A stretch of 61,915 nucleotides of DNA, counting the filler, from Hausera hauseri (Eukaryota), in the NCBI GenBank assembly GCA_046269625.1. It is 11 parts of 11 records of this genome, joined end to end, with 100 filler letters (N's around TTAATTAATTAA, not from the genome) between each part and the next. Parts side by side here need not be neighbours in the genome. Positions count along the whole stretch, not along the records: positions 18,195 to 25,676 come from JBJURY010012122.1; positions 25,777 to 32,200 come from JBJURY010102098.1; positions 32,301 to 36,583 come from JBJURY010658441.1; 8 more parts are not named here. One strand, 5' to 3'. The translations under genes and the position numbers were made by a program. Of the stretch, positions 25,481 to 36,683 are shown piece after piece; position 1 is the stretch's first letter, and the number at the start of each line of letters is the position of its first letter. The notes under the pieces were generated by a model that was given only the letters and a program-made list of their open reading frames with translations, made no database searches and was not told the origin of the DNA.

Positions 25481-25676
25481 TATACAATAAAGCAACATAA
25501 TACGCATCTGGAACAATTAGAGCGTAATTTCTCAACAATTGCACCGAACTGTTACCCGGCATAACCATTAGTGCTGGATTGTTGAATGTACAAATATAAG
25601 AAAAGAAATCGATAGTATCTTTAAGGACTTTGAAAACGTCGCATGTGTTCTGTCAAGAGTTCGAATAATTATCGAT

Positions 25677-25776
25677 NNNNNNNNNNNNNNNNNNNNNNNN
25701 NNNNNNNNNNNNNNNNNNNNTTAATTAATTAANNNNNNNNNNNNNNNNNNNNNNNNNNNNNNNNNNNNNNNNNNNN
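25677..25776. other. Artificial contig spacer
   Basis: 44N+TTAATTAATTAA+44N. Confidence 0.97.
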
Positions 25777-27320
25777 TACTGTTCTTGCTTGGATGAAATC
25801 AAAGGAATTATTTATGAATTCTCCAGATAAATTACTAAAACGACAATGGTGTCAGAAGATTTTGAAAATGCCAGAAGCAGCTATTGATAATCAAAATAAT
25901 GAGATGCTTAATTCCGTAAGAGACGTTTAAAGCATCTGAAATTTGGACAAAGCTTGTGAAGGCAAATCAGAATTCGAATATTGACATTGATAAACTGATA
26001 AAAGATAGTGTTCATTACGGTATCGAAATTGGAATGTTTCATCAAACCAAAGATGGGAGTATGTGTAATGACGGTAAGAAGAAGACAAAATATGAAAATA
26101 AAAAAGATCGTCAGATGAAAATAAAAATTTACCAAATGAATCTCACGTGATGCATACACGATCAATTTCTAGATCTGAATCGGATATTCAATCATCAATA
26201 ACGAGTACTGCGTAATCATCATCTAAACGATCTTCCGTAAAGAAAATTAAACGACCTCCTGAGTTAGTTCCCCTAAGAGAACCAAAGCGTTTACGATCGG
26301 ATTCACCAAACAAGATATCCGAGCCGCGCTTATCTGAGCAAAAGTTAGTCAAAATTCCAAAACCCAAACCGTAAAACAGAAAAATGTGCGTATTGCTTGG
26401 CAGATGAAACGTTCAATAAAACGACAAACGTACATGAAAATATGATAACATGTTGGAATTGTGGCACTTGTGGTCATCCGAATTGTCTTCAATTGCCGAA
26501 AAAGTTATTGGAAAAAGTACGAACCATACGACGGCAGTGTCTAAAATGTAAATGTTGTTCGTATTATGGTACCACTATCAAAAAGGACGATAACATGTTC
26601 TTATGTGATTTTTGTGATCTGGGTTTTCATACTTACTGTTGTGATCCGCCTGTCAAAAATCCTCCTAAGGGTGAGTGGATTTGTAGAATTTGTAGAGCAG
26701 TACATGGTATTAAATCTCAGCCAACTGTATTTAATAATGACAATTTCGATTTCAAACCAGATTGTCAAATTGTAACACCAGAAAGTGTGAAATCTATTTA
26801 TGGCATTCCTAATAAACCCGTCCAGCAAACGTTAGAAAAACCGGTGAAATCAGTAAAATTAAATTTAAGGGTTTTAAAAAATCCTTTAAAAAATATGAAT
26901 CTCCTGTACTTAAAACGGAAAAAACTTGTTGGTAAAGCAGTTCAGCGTCAAAAAGCAGCATTGACTGACGGGTTAACACAATTTTTCACTCCATCAAATA
27001 AGAGACAATCGAGAGTGTCTAAGCAAACTTTATCTGAAAGATCTATTAACGTTGGGGCAAGAAATGGAATGGTAAACGAGTTTTCTAAGGGAAATATCAA
27101 AAAGCAACCTCTTGAACTAAACACTTTAATGCATATGGATTCAAATGAATCTTATTAGAATGTTTCAGATATATCAAATCCGTTAAACTTTCATGCTCCG
27201 AATAAAACTTTTGCCGCAATTTTTCTTTACTTTCCTCCAGTTGCAGAAGAAAGGAAAGAGATGATTTTCAAGAAAAGTCGTAAGAAACGTCTATCTAATA
27301 AATGTGACAATTCGAAAGTG
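25777..27320 (+). pseudogene. KAT6A: KAT6A/B (MOZ/MORF/enok) N-terminal fragment with double PHD finger; no MYST domain
   Basis: CAYCL..CWNCGTCGHPNCL..QCLKCKCC..DNMFLCDFCDLGFHTYCCDPP..PPKGEWICRIC and DGLTQFFTPS; stops and frameshifts. Confidence 0.8.
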
Positions 27321-27329
27321 ATGCCAACG

Positions 27330-29100
27330 AAATTGTATTAAGAAACATATTGTTCATTTATGAGGAATCTTGTGTGGTCGTATTTGAAACCGAATTACGA
27401 TTTTGTGTGCCTTATGTTGCAGCGTTACTCCAATAAATGGCTATTTGAACATGTAAAAGTTCTACCTACTGAAATAGCAAGTGGCGTAAATTGTGACAAT
27501 TTGCCATTCATGGAGGAGAACGCTTATATTTGCCAAATATTTGGTTTATTGACGGCTACTATCTACAAAACAACAATGTTTTTCAAGATTGAGGCAGTAG
27601 AAGGACTGACAGATAAATTGATCGAAGTCTCATGGAAGAAATTACCATCTGATAATTGCCATCTACCTCGTATTATACTTTGTAACCAATCAACAATCGA
27701 GGGTAAGGTCATTCGGTTGTTGCACCATACCGCAGGCAACGTCAGTTTAGTTGGTGACGATCCTGATGAAACCCGTTTAATATCAGAGAAACATACAGTC
27801 TATGTATGCACCGTAGTAAAATTGTTGACCATCGCATATCCCTTCACTTGCAGCATATCTGGAAAGAACACAAGTAGTTCTACTGACGATGGTCAAGTGA
27901 AGATATTCCAGATACGTATCAGCATTCTGTTCAGTGAATTGGAGACCGTTGTTGTTCAGGTGGTCGATCTTAATTCCAATCGAACATTTGCCATGAACAT
28001 GCTCGCCGAAGTGCTCAGTCTGTTCAGAAATCCTGTTCATCGATTTCCTGTTCATATTACAGCCATGATTCAGTTGGCCGAGGAATTATTGCAGGGATTC
28101 ACTAGTCATACATCGATTGCTCCTAATTATAACCCATGGAACCTACAGAATTACGTCGTCGCAGATATTTCGAAATCGTATAGATTTCAAGCAACAACTA
28201 GATGATGTATTATTGTTTAATTGCTTTGAACAGCCGGTAAAGGCCGTCGTATTTCTATAACATCTGATCATGAGCCCGAACACCGAACTCGACCGAAAAC
28301 AGATTAATCATAATGGTGTCACATTTGGCCTAGAGATTTTTCTTCTGTCTCAGTACGCACATTAGTTCACAAAGTGTGAAATATCCACTGTACAAGGAAA
28401 TGATAACGAGAATTTTGGATTCTGTGGGATCAAGATTCATGATTCTGGCTCCCCATCAGACCAAACGTCTTTTGGATGGAATGCTGCAGAATGATCCACT
28501 GGTGGAGTTCTTTGTGTCTTATTTTTGTCCCAATGTCGACAAGTCTGACACTCCAGTTATGTATTCCGATGTTTGTTTGGTTCATCAGTCTGGTCGATAT
28601 TCGACACCTACTATCATGACTATTTTTAGCAAGTTTAATATGATGCAATTCATCGATAATTCACCGACTACATCAACTATGGCAGTCATTATTGAATCCA
28701 TCTTCACGGAGTTATCTACAGCTAAGCCTAACAAAACCAAAACAGGGAAAACCGAGGACAGTATTGAACCGATGCATGCGGAAAAGTTGTTCACGATTGT
28801 CTCAAACATTCTCAATGTCTGTTTACCTACTGCGTTAACACGATTTAGGGCAGATTGTGCCAGATCTGTTCTGCAACCCAGATTTTGGGCAGTGGCAATT
28901 CTGCGTCAATGACATCAGTGTGGCACATGGTGAGTTGCCGCTAACAATAGACGAGATACGAATGAAACTGGGCGCATTCGGTCAATGGACCAATTAGTTC
29001 CGTTTTGGCGATGTTGCATACCAGAAATCATGGGCCATCTACGGTCTTTATGGACACTTCTACATTACTCGTTGGAGAAACTGGTACACGGTGAGGTAGG
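27330..29100 (+). pseudogene. Large helical protein fragment, probably EPG5 C-terminal region
   Basis: ORFs 27360-28205, 28376-28912 and 28985-; motifs VSWKKLP, VEFFVSYFCP, FSKFNMMQF recall EPG5; identification by eye only. Confidence 0.4.
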
Positions 29101-29197
29101 AATTGTAATTGTGTACGAATCGTTCGGCAATCGTCTTTTTAGTATGCCTTTTATTCCTAATTTTTATTTCTTGTATTTGTCATTTTTCGTCAATAAC

Positions 29198-29926
29198 ATG
29201 TCTGATAATGACAGTAATCTTAAAATAGCCGAAGAAGTAGATAATATTCAATGTTTAGAAGGAACCTATTGGTATGATGAAAGAGATTGATTGAAAGAAG
29301 AAAGTTTCATTTCCAGCTTATAGCGATATAGTGTCAGATTATTTTGAAACAAAAGATATTGGGCCGAAAAGCATTTTTATTCTTCAGAAGAATTAATATT
29401 AGGATATAAAAAGGCATTTGAACATTAAAATATCAAACCAATCCCGATTTTACTTGAACAACTTAAAGATATTGGTGTAGAAGTTTGCCACGAACTATAC
29501 GACATGCTGAATTTATCAGATGTCAAATTAGAAGTTAAACACGTCGAGTGTCTTAAGGAAATCTTTAAACGTGTTCAATTTACAACGTTAAATTTCGAAA
29601 ATTGTGGTTTAAACGGCGAATTGTCAACAGCGTTGTTTGAGATCGTTGAATATTACGAGTCTTGTACTTATCTTATTCTGTTTTTGAATCCAAATATTTC
29701 ATATTCCGGATTTACCGTGTACGCCAAAATGCTCATAAAAGCACCATGTCTTGAAATAATAGAATGTAATGGTATCATGTTCACTGGCACAACATCACTT
29801 CCTTTAAACCGAGCCGTCAGATGTGTTTGTAACTTAAAGTCCCTATACTTAGAGAATTCACATGTTTGTGTACATAATCCACTAATACTTTTATCTTCCC
29901 TGAAATTAATTCTTCATCCTAGAGAT
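29198..29926 (+). pseudogene. PPP1R37: PPP1R37 (LRRC68) 5' fragment
   Basis: KVSF PP1-docking motif; IPILLEQL; ECLKEIFKRVQF; ALFEIVEYYESCTYL; LYLENS; several frameshifts; truncated at the Gypsy junction. Confidence 0.88.
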
Positions 29927-31745
29927 TTTGGAGGGGATTCGGTCACCTGGATTTTCAGGTACATCACAGTGTGACCAACTTCCAGGCCGTCTGTCCTATA
30001 TCTTTCTCCTAAATAATTACCAACTATTTGGACACAGAACGACGTATTTTATAGACGCATCTTACTTGCACAATTATGTACTACACTTCGCTAATATCTC
30101 TGACTTTTACCTCACAACAACCGACCTGTAATTGATGTCAATTTTCGTAACCCTTTCTGTTCCTTCAACCTAATATATCATTATTCACGTACACATTTAT
30201 ATCCGTGGTTGCATGGATTCTTCTCCCACCATTGACACTACTGATAAAACTAACTCTAAACCAACACCCTTCGCTTTTCTCCAAAAATCAACGACCGTCA
30301 CCGCACCATCCACTTTCCCCACTTATGCACCTATCCTCCCTCCAGCCAAACATACTTCGCAGTGCACAGATTACTCTATTGACCATGAAAAGTCCAGCAA
30401 AACATGGCTTAACTTTCACAAACTTTTGCTGCAGTCTCACAGTATTACTGATCTCTCAGCCAAAACTCAGCTTACTTTACCTCTTACCAGACACAGTAAA
30501 GACTTCTCTTTACGATATTTTAGACATATTTTAACAATCCGATCCGTACACCCATCTCTATAATACAGTTTTAAAACTCACGGAACTGTTTATGGATTCC
30601 ATAATCCATAGATTCTTCAATGATAGCGCTATTGGTACACAAAAACCATCCGATTTTCTCACAACCTCTCGTTCAACTGCAAACACTCGTCGTTACAAAA
30701 CAAAATAATTCCGATCTCTTACGACGATACTTTCTAAACGCATTACCGATTCAGATCAGGGTCCTGCTTACCGTCGTCGAGGAATCGACAGCGCTAGATA
30801 AGTTAGCCGAACTTGCAGACAAAACGTACGAGATTTTACATCTTAACACAACCTATCACTTTCGCAGCGCTTACAGCAAACGACAACGCATTAGAATATC
30901 AAATTCAACAGTTGCACGTCGAAAACGCAGCTCTACATAATACAATAAACCATATCAACGATAGATTAAATAAAGTCTCTATGACTCCACGAAAGGATTC
31001 CGCCTCCGATCGCACACGCTCTGTACCCAGAGGTCGGTCACCTTCTGCGCGATCGCTGATCTGTTTTTACCATGATAGGTTTGCTCATAAAGCACAAAAA
31101 GGTCATTTCGGGTGCCGCTTTTACACGCAAAAGTATCAAATTAACAACGCTATTTGCATTTACCACGTAAAGTTTAAGAATGATGCACATAAGTGTATCC
31201 CTGGTTGTACTTTTAGAAGCAACACTCAACATACGAATGTAGGACGTTTTCCCTTACCTTCTAGGTCCATCGCCAGAGCTTACGGCGAATCCTGGCGAAG
31301 GCCATTCTCCAATTTCTACTAGCCGAAAACTTTCGCCGTATTTACAGTAAAAGCAGTAACTACGTTACCAACAACTCGCCACATAGACTTCCTTATCGAT
31401 TCAGGTGTAGCGATTTCTTTACTGCCGCTTACCTTTCCAACTCAACACACTTCATCCAAATATAAACTTCTATTTACAGCTTTCGGACAACCGTTACACG
31501 TTTCCGGTACATGCAGGCTTTCATTTACTCTTCCGACATTTACTTCAATGTTTCACTGGACGTTTACCGTTGCAAACGTCCAGACAGCTATTTTAGGATC
31601 CGACTTTCTGTCGCATTATAATCTCCTTGTCGGTTGCAAACAACGTTGCTTAACAAGTGGTTGCAATAAAGAGCCATTCAATCATGTCGATACCATTTCG
31701 TCTGTCGTGCAGGTGAATGCAAGTCAAAAATCGATATTAAAAAAC
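29927..31745 (+). mobile_element. Gypsy (CsRn1-like) leader-gag-protease, related to the 19436-24695 copy; no 5' LTR; truncated before RT
   Basis: MDSSPTIDTTDK, LRRYFLNALPIQIR, LDKLAELAD, two CHCC-type motifs, FLIDSG, WTFTVANVQTAILGSDFL. Confidence 0.88.
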
Positions 31746-32200
31746 CGTTGAACAAACCATTTTTTACAATCATAGTAAAGAAGACTTTGCTCGGCCAAGT
31801 CGGAGGATCGAAATCCTGGAATTCACCTACTTTGTTTTCGCTCATAATTGAAATAAGTCCAGAGTTTTTTAAGTACTGATTTATCCAATATTTAAACAAA
31901 TTAAAAATAAATAATAATTTGCTTCAAAATATGAAAATTCTTTAGGAGCAACATTCAATGATATATTATTAAACAAAATAAAGTCTTTTAGAGGACAATA
32001 ATGTTGCGAGTTGTTTCGTACTGATATTTCGATCTTGCTAAGACCTTCTTCAGAGTATGGCTATTTTGGTGTTAGTCTTCGTGAATGAGTCTATTTCTTT
32101 TGTTCTTTTTCTTTTTCTTTATTTTTATTGGTTCCTCAAAACAGTATGCTGTTTATATCGCCGATTTCTTGTTTGATGTTCAGTTGGGGTTTGGATCTTC

Positions 32201-32300
32201 NNNNNNNNNNNNNNNNNNNNNNNNNNNNNNNNNNNNNNNNNNNNTTAATTAATTAANNNNNNNNNNNNNNNNNNNNNNNNNNNNNNNNNNNNNNNNNNNN
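32201..32300. other. Artificial contig spacer
   Basis: 44N+TTAATTAATTAA+44N. Confidence 0.97.
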
Positions 32301-33272
32301 TTTTTGCGTTCGTATAAATTGCGTTACCCAACTTTGCGTTCAATTTGCGTGCTTCGCGGTTTGGCTTATTTATTGATGTGGCGGCCGGCTTTCACTATCA
32401 CAATCACGCCCTTTTCCCCATTAAAAGATATTATTGTCTACACACAAGTAGATAAGAATTTCTTTTCTATCTACTGACTCTCATACCCTTTCATTCTTGC
32501 ATTAGGTACCATCTATTCTACTCTACTAATAATGACATCGCTTATTCATTTAACTAATCAACAAATGTAAAGCTAAAACCATTAACAAAATGTCAACTTC
32601 TTACGACATCTCGCCATTGGCAACTTCAAGAAATTCAAAATTCAATTTCTAACCACGCTATTTACACGACATTACAATGTCTTCTAATTAATACAAAGTA
32701 ATTAATACAAATGTGGTGGCCTTCATCAACCACAACAAATATCTTCATGAGTATTGTATACGCATCATTACCTTCAATAACTATTAACTTTAACACAACA
32801 TATCCATCCTATTTATTCCTTGCACATTTTAATTTCTCTTTCGTCCTTCACACTCATCCGTCATGGACATCTACTTGGATGTACATAACAATCTGTGGGT
32901 TCATTTAACCATTTTAATTCCCCACAGTGACCTCATTCGCGCTTCCTTTCACGCTACTCATTCGCGGGTTTGGGTTAGATGTTAAGTCTCCCAGTCCCAA
33001 CTTTAGTGCAATTGCTAACTTTTTTCCCTGGGAAACCCAAAAAAATTCCTGGGTAAGCCCGAAATCACCCTTACTATATGCCCCTCACCCAATTAAAAAG
33101 TATTTATCATTCGTCACAGCGAATGGGAAATATTTTTCCTCTTATCGCTGATCGACTTGTGTTCCCCGTCAAGAGAAAGTAAATCATCTTTTCCGTCTAT
33201 TATCATCTTTATTCGTTAACCCTTTTGGATCTCATGCTAAAATTTGGCATATAATCTTCCCTTCATAATCAT

Positions 33273-35246
33273 TTACACTCTTTGGACAGTCAGATTTGGG
33301 TATATTGATCCAATGTCTCTATACTCTATTCGGATGTCTTTTGTTGGTAACTCTCCCTTCTCTGCTTGGTCATATTTCTTGGTTTCTTTGTGTTTGTTAT
33401 AAAATTCTTCAATTCGCTTCCACCATTTAAATTTCTTGCTAAGCCCTATGACAATTCCACATACTATGATCGCTGCTACTATAATCATGCCACTAATGGT
33501 CGTCTTGTTGTTTCTGTCATCCACTTCTTTGATTGCTTGGAACTGTTCCAATTCATTGAGCATCTCGTTATAATCTATCTTGTCCATTGCTTTCAGATGA
33601 GTCAGAGGTTTTCCAAACGCAAACTTCATATTCTTTACTGCCGTCTCTGCTTCTGAATTCTTCCACTGTTGTCCATTAATGTCGATGTTCAATGTATTAG
33701 CCTTCGATGTCCCGACATTTATTCTCGAGTCAAACATCTGTGGTTCCGTAATAACCATTTCATTCGAGTATAAGGAGCATCCTGTTTCCAGTTCGAGTAA
33801 TTCAAGTTTCTTCGTTAGATGTACTGTTTCTGTTTTCAGTTTTCCTTCGCGTTCACATAGCTTTTGTGCTTTCAATTCTGTTTTAGTGACTATCGCCCAT
33901 GTGTCTCTACCTATCTTTGTTGCCTGTGGTGTTTGTGTTCTTTTGACTAGTTCTTTTCGACAAAGTTTCGCAGCTCTTTCTCCGTTATTTTCATACATAT
34001 TTAATATACACGATTCTGCTTGCTTAGTTGTGTACATTGGTTGTGTTACTTCGCAATACTCAGTAATCGCTTTACGACATTTGCTAAATTCTTCCTGCTG
34101 TAAGATCGTAAACATAGTGCTTGCTTTATTAATTAGTAGTGCTTTTCCTTCTGGAACGTTTCTAACGTAATAATGTTGCCATAACTCGTTCTGGTTATTT
34201 CCGTCTTCTTCATTTACCCTTCCAATGCTGGTTACTTCATATAGTTCATATTCTTCGTTGATGTCGACCAGTGGTATATTCATTGTCATTATAAGCTGAC
34301 CTCTGTTGACATATGTTTCCGTTTCTAACTGTTCATAATAGTCGATCAAATGTTCATCTATGTTGATCGGCATTCGAAGATTTGGTGGGATGTTTCTTTG
34401 AATGCTTTCTAGAATCACTCTTAATTCTGTTGGATTCATTGCATTGACGTTCAATCTCTTTAAGGTTGTGAGGCTTATAATGTCTTCGATGTTATTTGCA
34501 ATTCTTTCAGTTCTTCTCACTAATTCTCTGCATCTACCTTCAAGTGACACCAACATTCCTAGCGTGTTTATTCTAACTTCGAGTTCCTTAGTTATATTCT
34601 CTACGTTGCTTTCCATTTCTTGCATATAATTTTCAATTCTATTTATATGTGTGGCATATTCGTTAATTTTTCTTCTATTTTCACCTATTTCTCTGTTGGA
34701 TATGTTAATTGCTGATATACTGCGTTCTACTACATGTTTCATAATTTCAAGGTTGCCGTTGATTATGTGGACGCTTTGCTTTATATTTTGTACTTCGTCA
34801 TCTTTTGCTGTGCCAAATAGGGTATCTAGGATGTCTCCTATAAACGGTAGTATTGCTCGCTTCTCTCTACTCCTATTAATCCAATTCAATCTCTCCTTTA
34901 TGCTCCTAATTTCGTCTTGCCATTGTCTTACTTCTTTCTCTAGCTCTAACATCATACTTTGGAAATGTGTGGCATTTGTCGTCTTTTGAATTCTATTGCT
35001 TGCGTATACTCTTGCATGTAGCAATCTTCTAGCTCTTCCTAGTTTCTCTTCTACGTCTAATATTTGTCTTTGAAAATTCGTTAGTGACTGTGTAATCACT
35101 AATTTCCAATGGGCTTTAACTTGGTGGATTTCTTTAACTTTTACGAATACCGTACCTTCATGTTGGAAGATTTCCTCCCTAGCTTGTGTCGAAATGACAA
35201 TTATCCAGCTTGTAATGACGGTCATCAACCGATGAGAATTCGTCAT
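33273..35246 (-). CDS. env: Intact class I viral fusion protein (errantivirus Env / baculovirus F-like), 657 aa
   Basis: Signal peptide; furin site RSREKR followed by fusion peptide AILPFIGDILDTLFGTA; heptad repeats; Cys-rich ectodomain; TM ISGMIIVAAIIVCGIVIGL; cytoplasmic tail. Confidence 0.88.
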   Translation of the reverse strand: MTNSHRLMTVITSWIIVISTQAREEIFQHEGTVFVKVKEIHQVKAHWKLVITQSLTNFQRQILDVEEKLGRARRLLHARVYASNRIQKTTNATHFQSMMLELEKEVRQWQDEIRSIKERLNWINRSREKRAILPFIGDILDTLFGTAKDDEVQNIKQSVHIINGNLEIMKHVVERSISAINISNREIGENRRKINEYATHINRIENYMQEMESNVENITKELEVRINTLGMLVSLEGRCRELVRRTERIANNIEDIISLTTLKRLNVNAMNPTELRVILESIQRNIPPNLRMPINIDEHLIDYYEQLETETYVNRGQLIMTMNIPLVDINEEYELYEVTSIGRVNEEDGNNQNELWQHYYVRNVPEGKALLINKASTMFTILQQEEFSKCRKAITEYCEVTQPMYTTKQAESCILNMYENNGERAAKLCRKELVKRTQTPQATKIGRDTWAIVTKTELKAQKLCEREGKLKTETVHLTKKLELLELETGCSLYSNEMVITEPQMFDSRINVGTSKANTLNIDINGQQWKNSEAETAVKNMKFAFGKPLTHLKAMDKIDYNEMLNELEQFQAIKEVDDRNNKTTISGMIIVAAIIVCGIVIGLSKKFKWWKRIEEFYNKHKETKKYDQAEKGELPTKDIRIEYRDIGSIYPNLTVQRV

Positions 35247-35279
35247 TTTCTGTGGAATTATACATTCCTATCATTACTG

Positions 35280-36458
35280 TTATGCTAATTTTAACATAGT
35301 TTGCATAAACAACTTCATCATACTTTCTGCTTTGTCTACCCCTGCCATTTGCTCGGGTTGCCCTTTCCTCAGTGACTTATCTTCTACTTCCCCGTTTTCT
35401 GTTTCTTCATCTTCTTTTTGGCTCTGACTGATATGTTTTTTGTGTTTCGTCCTTTCCTTCATGGCATCACTTGGGGACTCTTTTTGTCTGACTACTTCCG
35501 TCAACTGCTTCCTCAGCTTTGTTATGGTCTCCGTCTTTTCTGCGTTTTCTTCTTCGAGTTTCGCCACCTGGTTCTCCATCTCTCGTGTTATTTCTTCTTT
35601 TTCTTGCATCTTACTTTGAAATTCATTAACTTCTAGCTCCACTTTTCGTTTGGCCTCGATTACTCTCTCCACCATGTCTCGTATATCGCTCATTTCTTTG
35701 TCTTTCTTAGCTATTGTCGTACGTATTTCTGCCATATTTGCTTCTACTTGATTTCGTTCTCTTTCTTGTTTCTTTCTTACCTCTTCAGCTCTTTTCTTAT
35801 ACATCCTTCGTAGTGCTGCTTCCCTCTTGATTTTCGCTAGCGGTTCATCTTCGGTGGATGTACCCGAATCTCGGAGTCTTTTTAGTCTCTTGACCATCTG
35901 ATCTAATTCCGATGTTTCTGTTTCCGTATCTTCTACCAATGTGTCCGAACTACCATCATCCGGTGGCTTGTAGTCTTCTGGTTCGCCTTGCGTTTCTTCA
36001 TCGTCTCCTTCGGCTTCTTGTTGATGACTTCTACTTCTAATTACCTTGCTCATATTTCTATTTATTTTCTGTTTCTGGCTTCTAGCATGCTGCTCCTTTG
36101 CTGTGTTCATGCTACTCTGTAGTTTGCTGATTTGGCGTTGCATACTTCTAATAATGGCGTCTTGTCTACTGATTATTTCTTTGACTTCATTGCCCTTAGC
36201 TCGTTTATTCTTGTCTCTATGTTTCTTTCCAGGTCTTCTTCTCTGTTGTCTTCTGAACATCTCACAAGCTCCAATGACGCATGATTGCTCCTGTGACATG
36301 CCTTTTTGATTGCCCTCAGAGTATGTTTTCTTAACTTCGACTACTTGTCCGCAATGTCTACATCTGTTCAGATGAATGGCGAGGACTTGTTTTGGTTTCT
36401 GATTGTTGCTCTCACTAGATCTTCTTAGTCTGTCATGTTCCTTCGGAGAGAAGCTCAA
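35280..36458 (-). CDS. Accessory ORF upstream of env (Cys pairs, basic patch, long coiled coil)
   Basis: 392-aa open frame ending 33 nt before the env ATG; CRHC and CVIGAC; RRQQRRRPGKK; E/K/R-rich heptads; true start uncertain. Confidence 0.6.
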   Translation of the reverse strand: MSFSPKEHDRLRRSSESNNQKPKQVLAIHLNRCRHCGQVVEVKKTYSEGNQKGMSQEQSCVIGACEMFRRQQRRRPGKKHRDKNKRAKGNEVKEIISRQDAIIRSMQRQISKLQSSMNTAKEQHARSQKQKINRNMSKVIRSRSHQQEAEGDDEETQGEPEDYKPPDDGSSDTLVEDTETETSELDQMVKRLKRLRDSGTSTEDEPLAKIKREAALRRMYKKRAEEVRKKQERERNQVEANMAEIRTTIAKKDKEMSDIRDMVERVIEAKRKVELEVNEFQSKMQEKEEITREMENQVAKLEEENAEKTETITKLRKQLTEVVRQKESPSDAMKERTKHKKHISQSQKEDEETENGEVEDKSLRKGQPEQMAGVDKAESMMKLFMQTMLKLA

Positions 36459-36583
36459 GAAGCCGGGATTTCTGGGACGGGATTGTTGTCTTCTGGGATA
36501 TGGGTAGTGGGTGTTAACTGCCTTCTCGTATTTGGGAATGGGTGGGATTTGACTTTGGGGTTCTTTTCTTGTCTCTCGTACCT

Positions 36584-36683
36584 NNNNNNNNNNNNNNNNN
36601 NNNNNNNNNNNNNNNNNNNNNNNNNNNTTAATTAATTAANNNNNNNNNNNNNNNNNNNNNNNNNNNNNNNNNNNNNNNNNNNN
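36584..36683. other. Artificial contig spacer
   Basis: 44N+TTAATTAATTAA+44N. Confidence 0.97.

Noticed and set aside
32301-33272. PPT and 3' LTR of the env element
   Set aside because: No unambiguous PPT-TG boundary and no second LTR to compare
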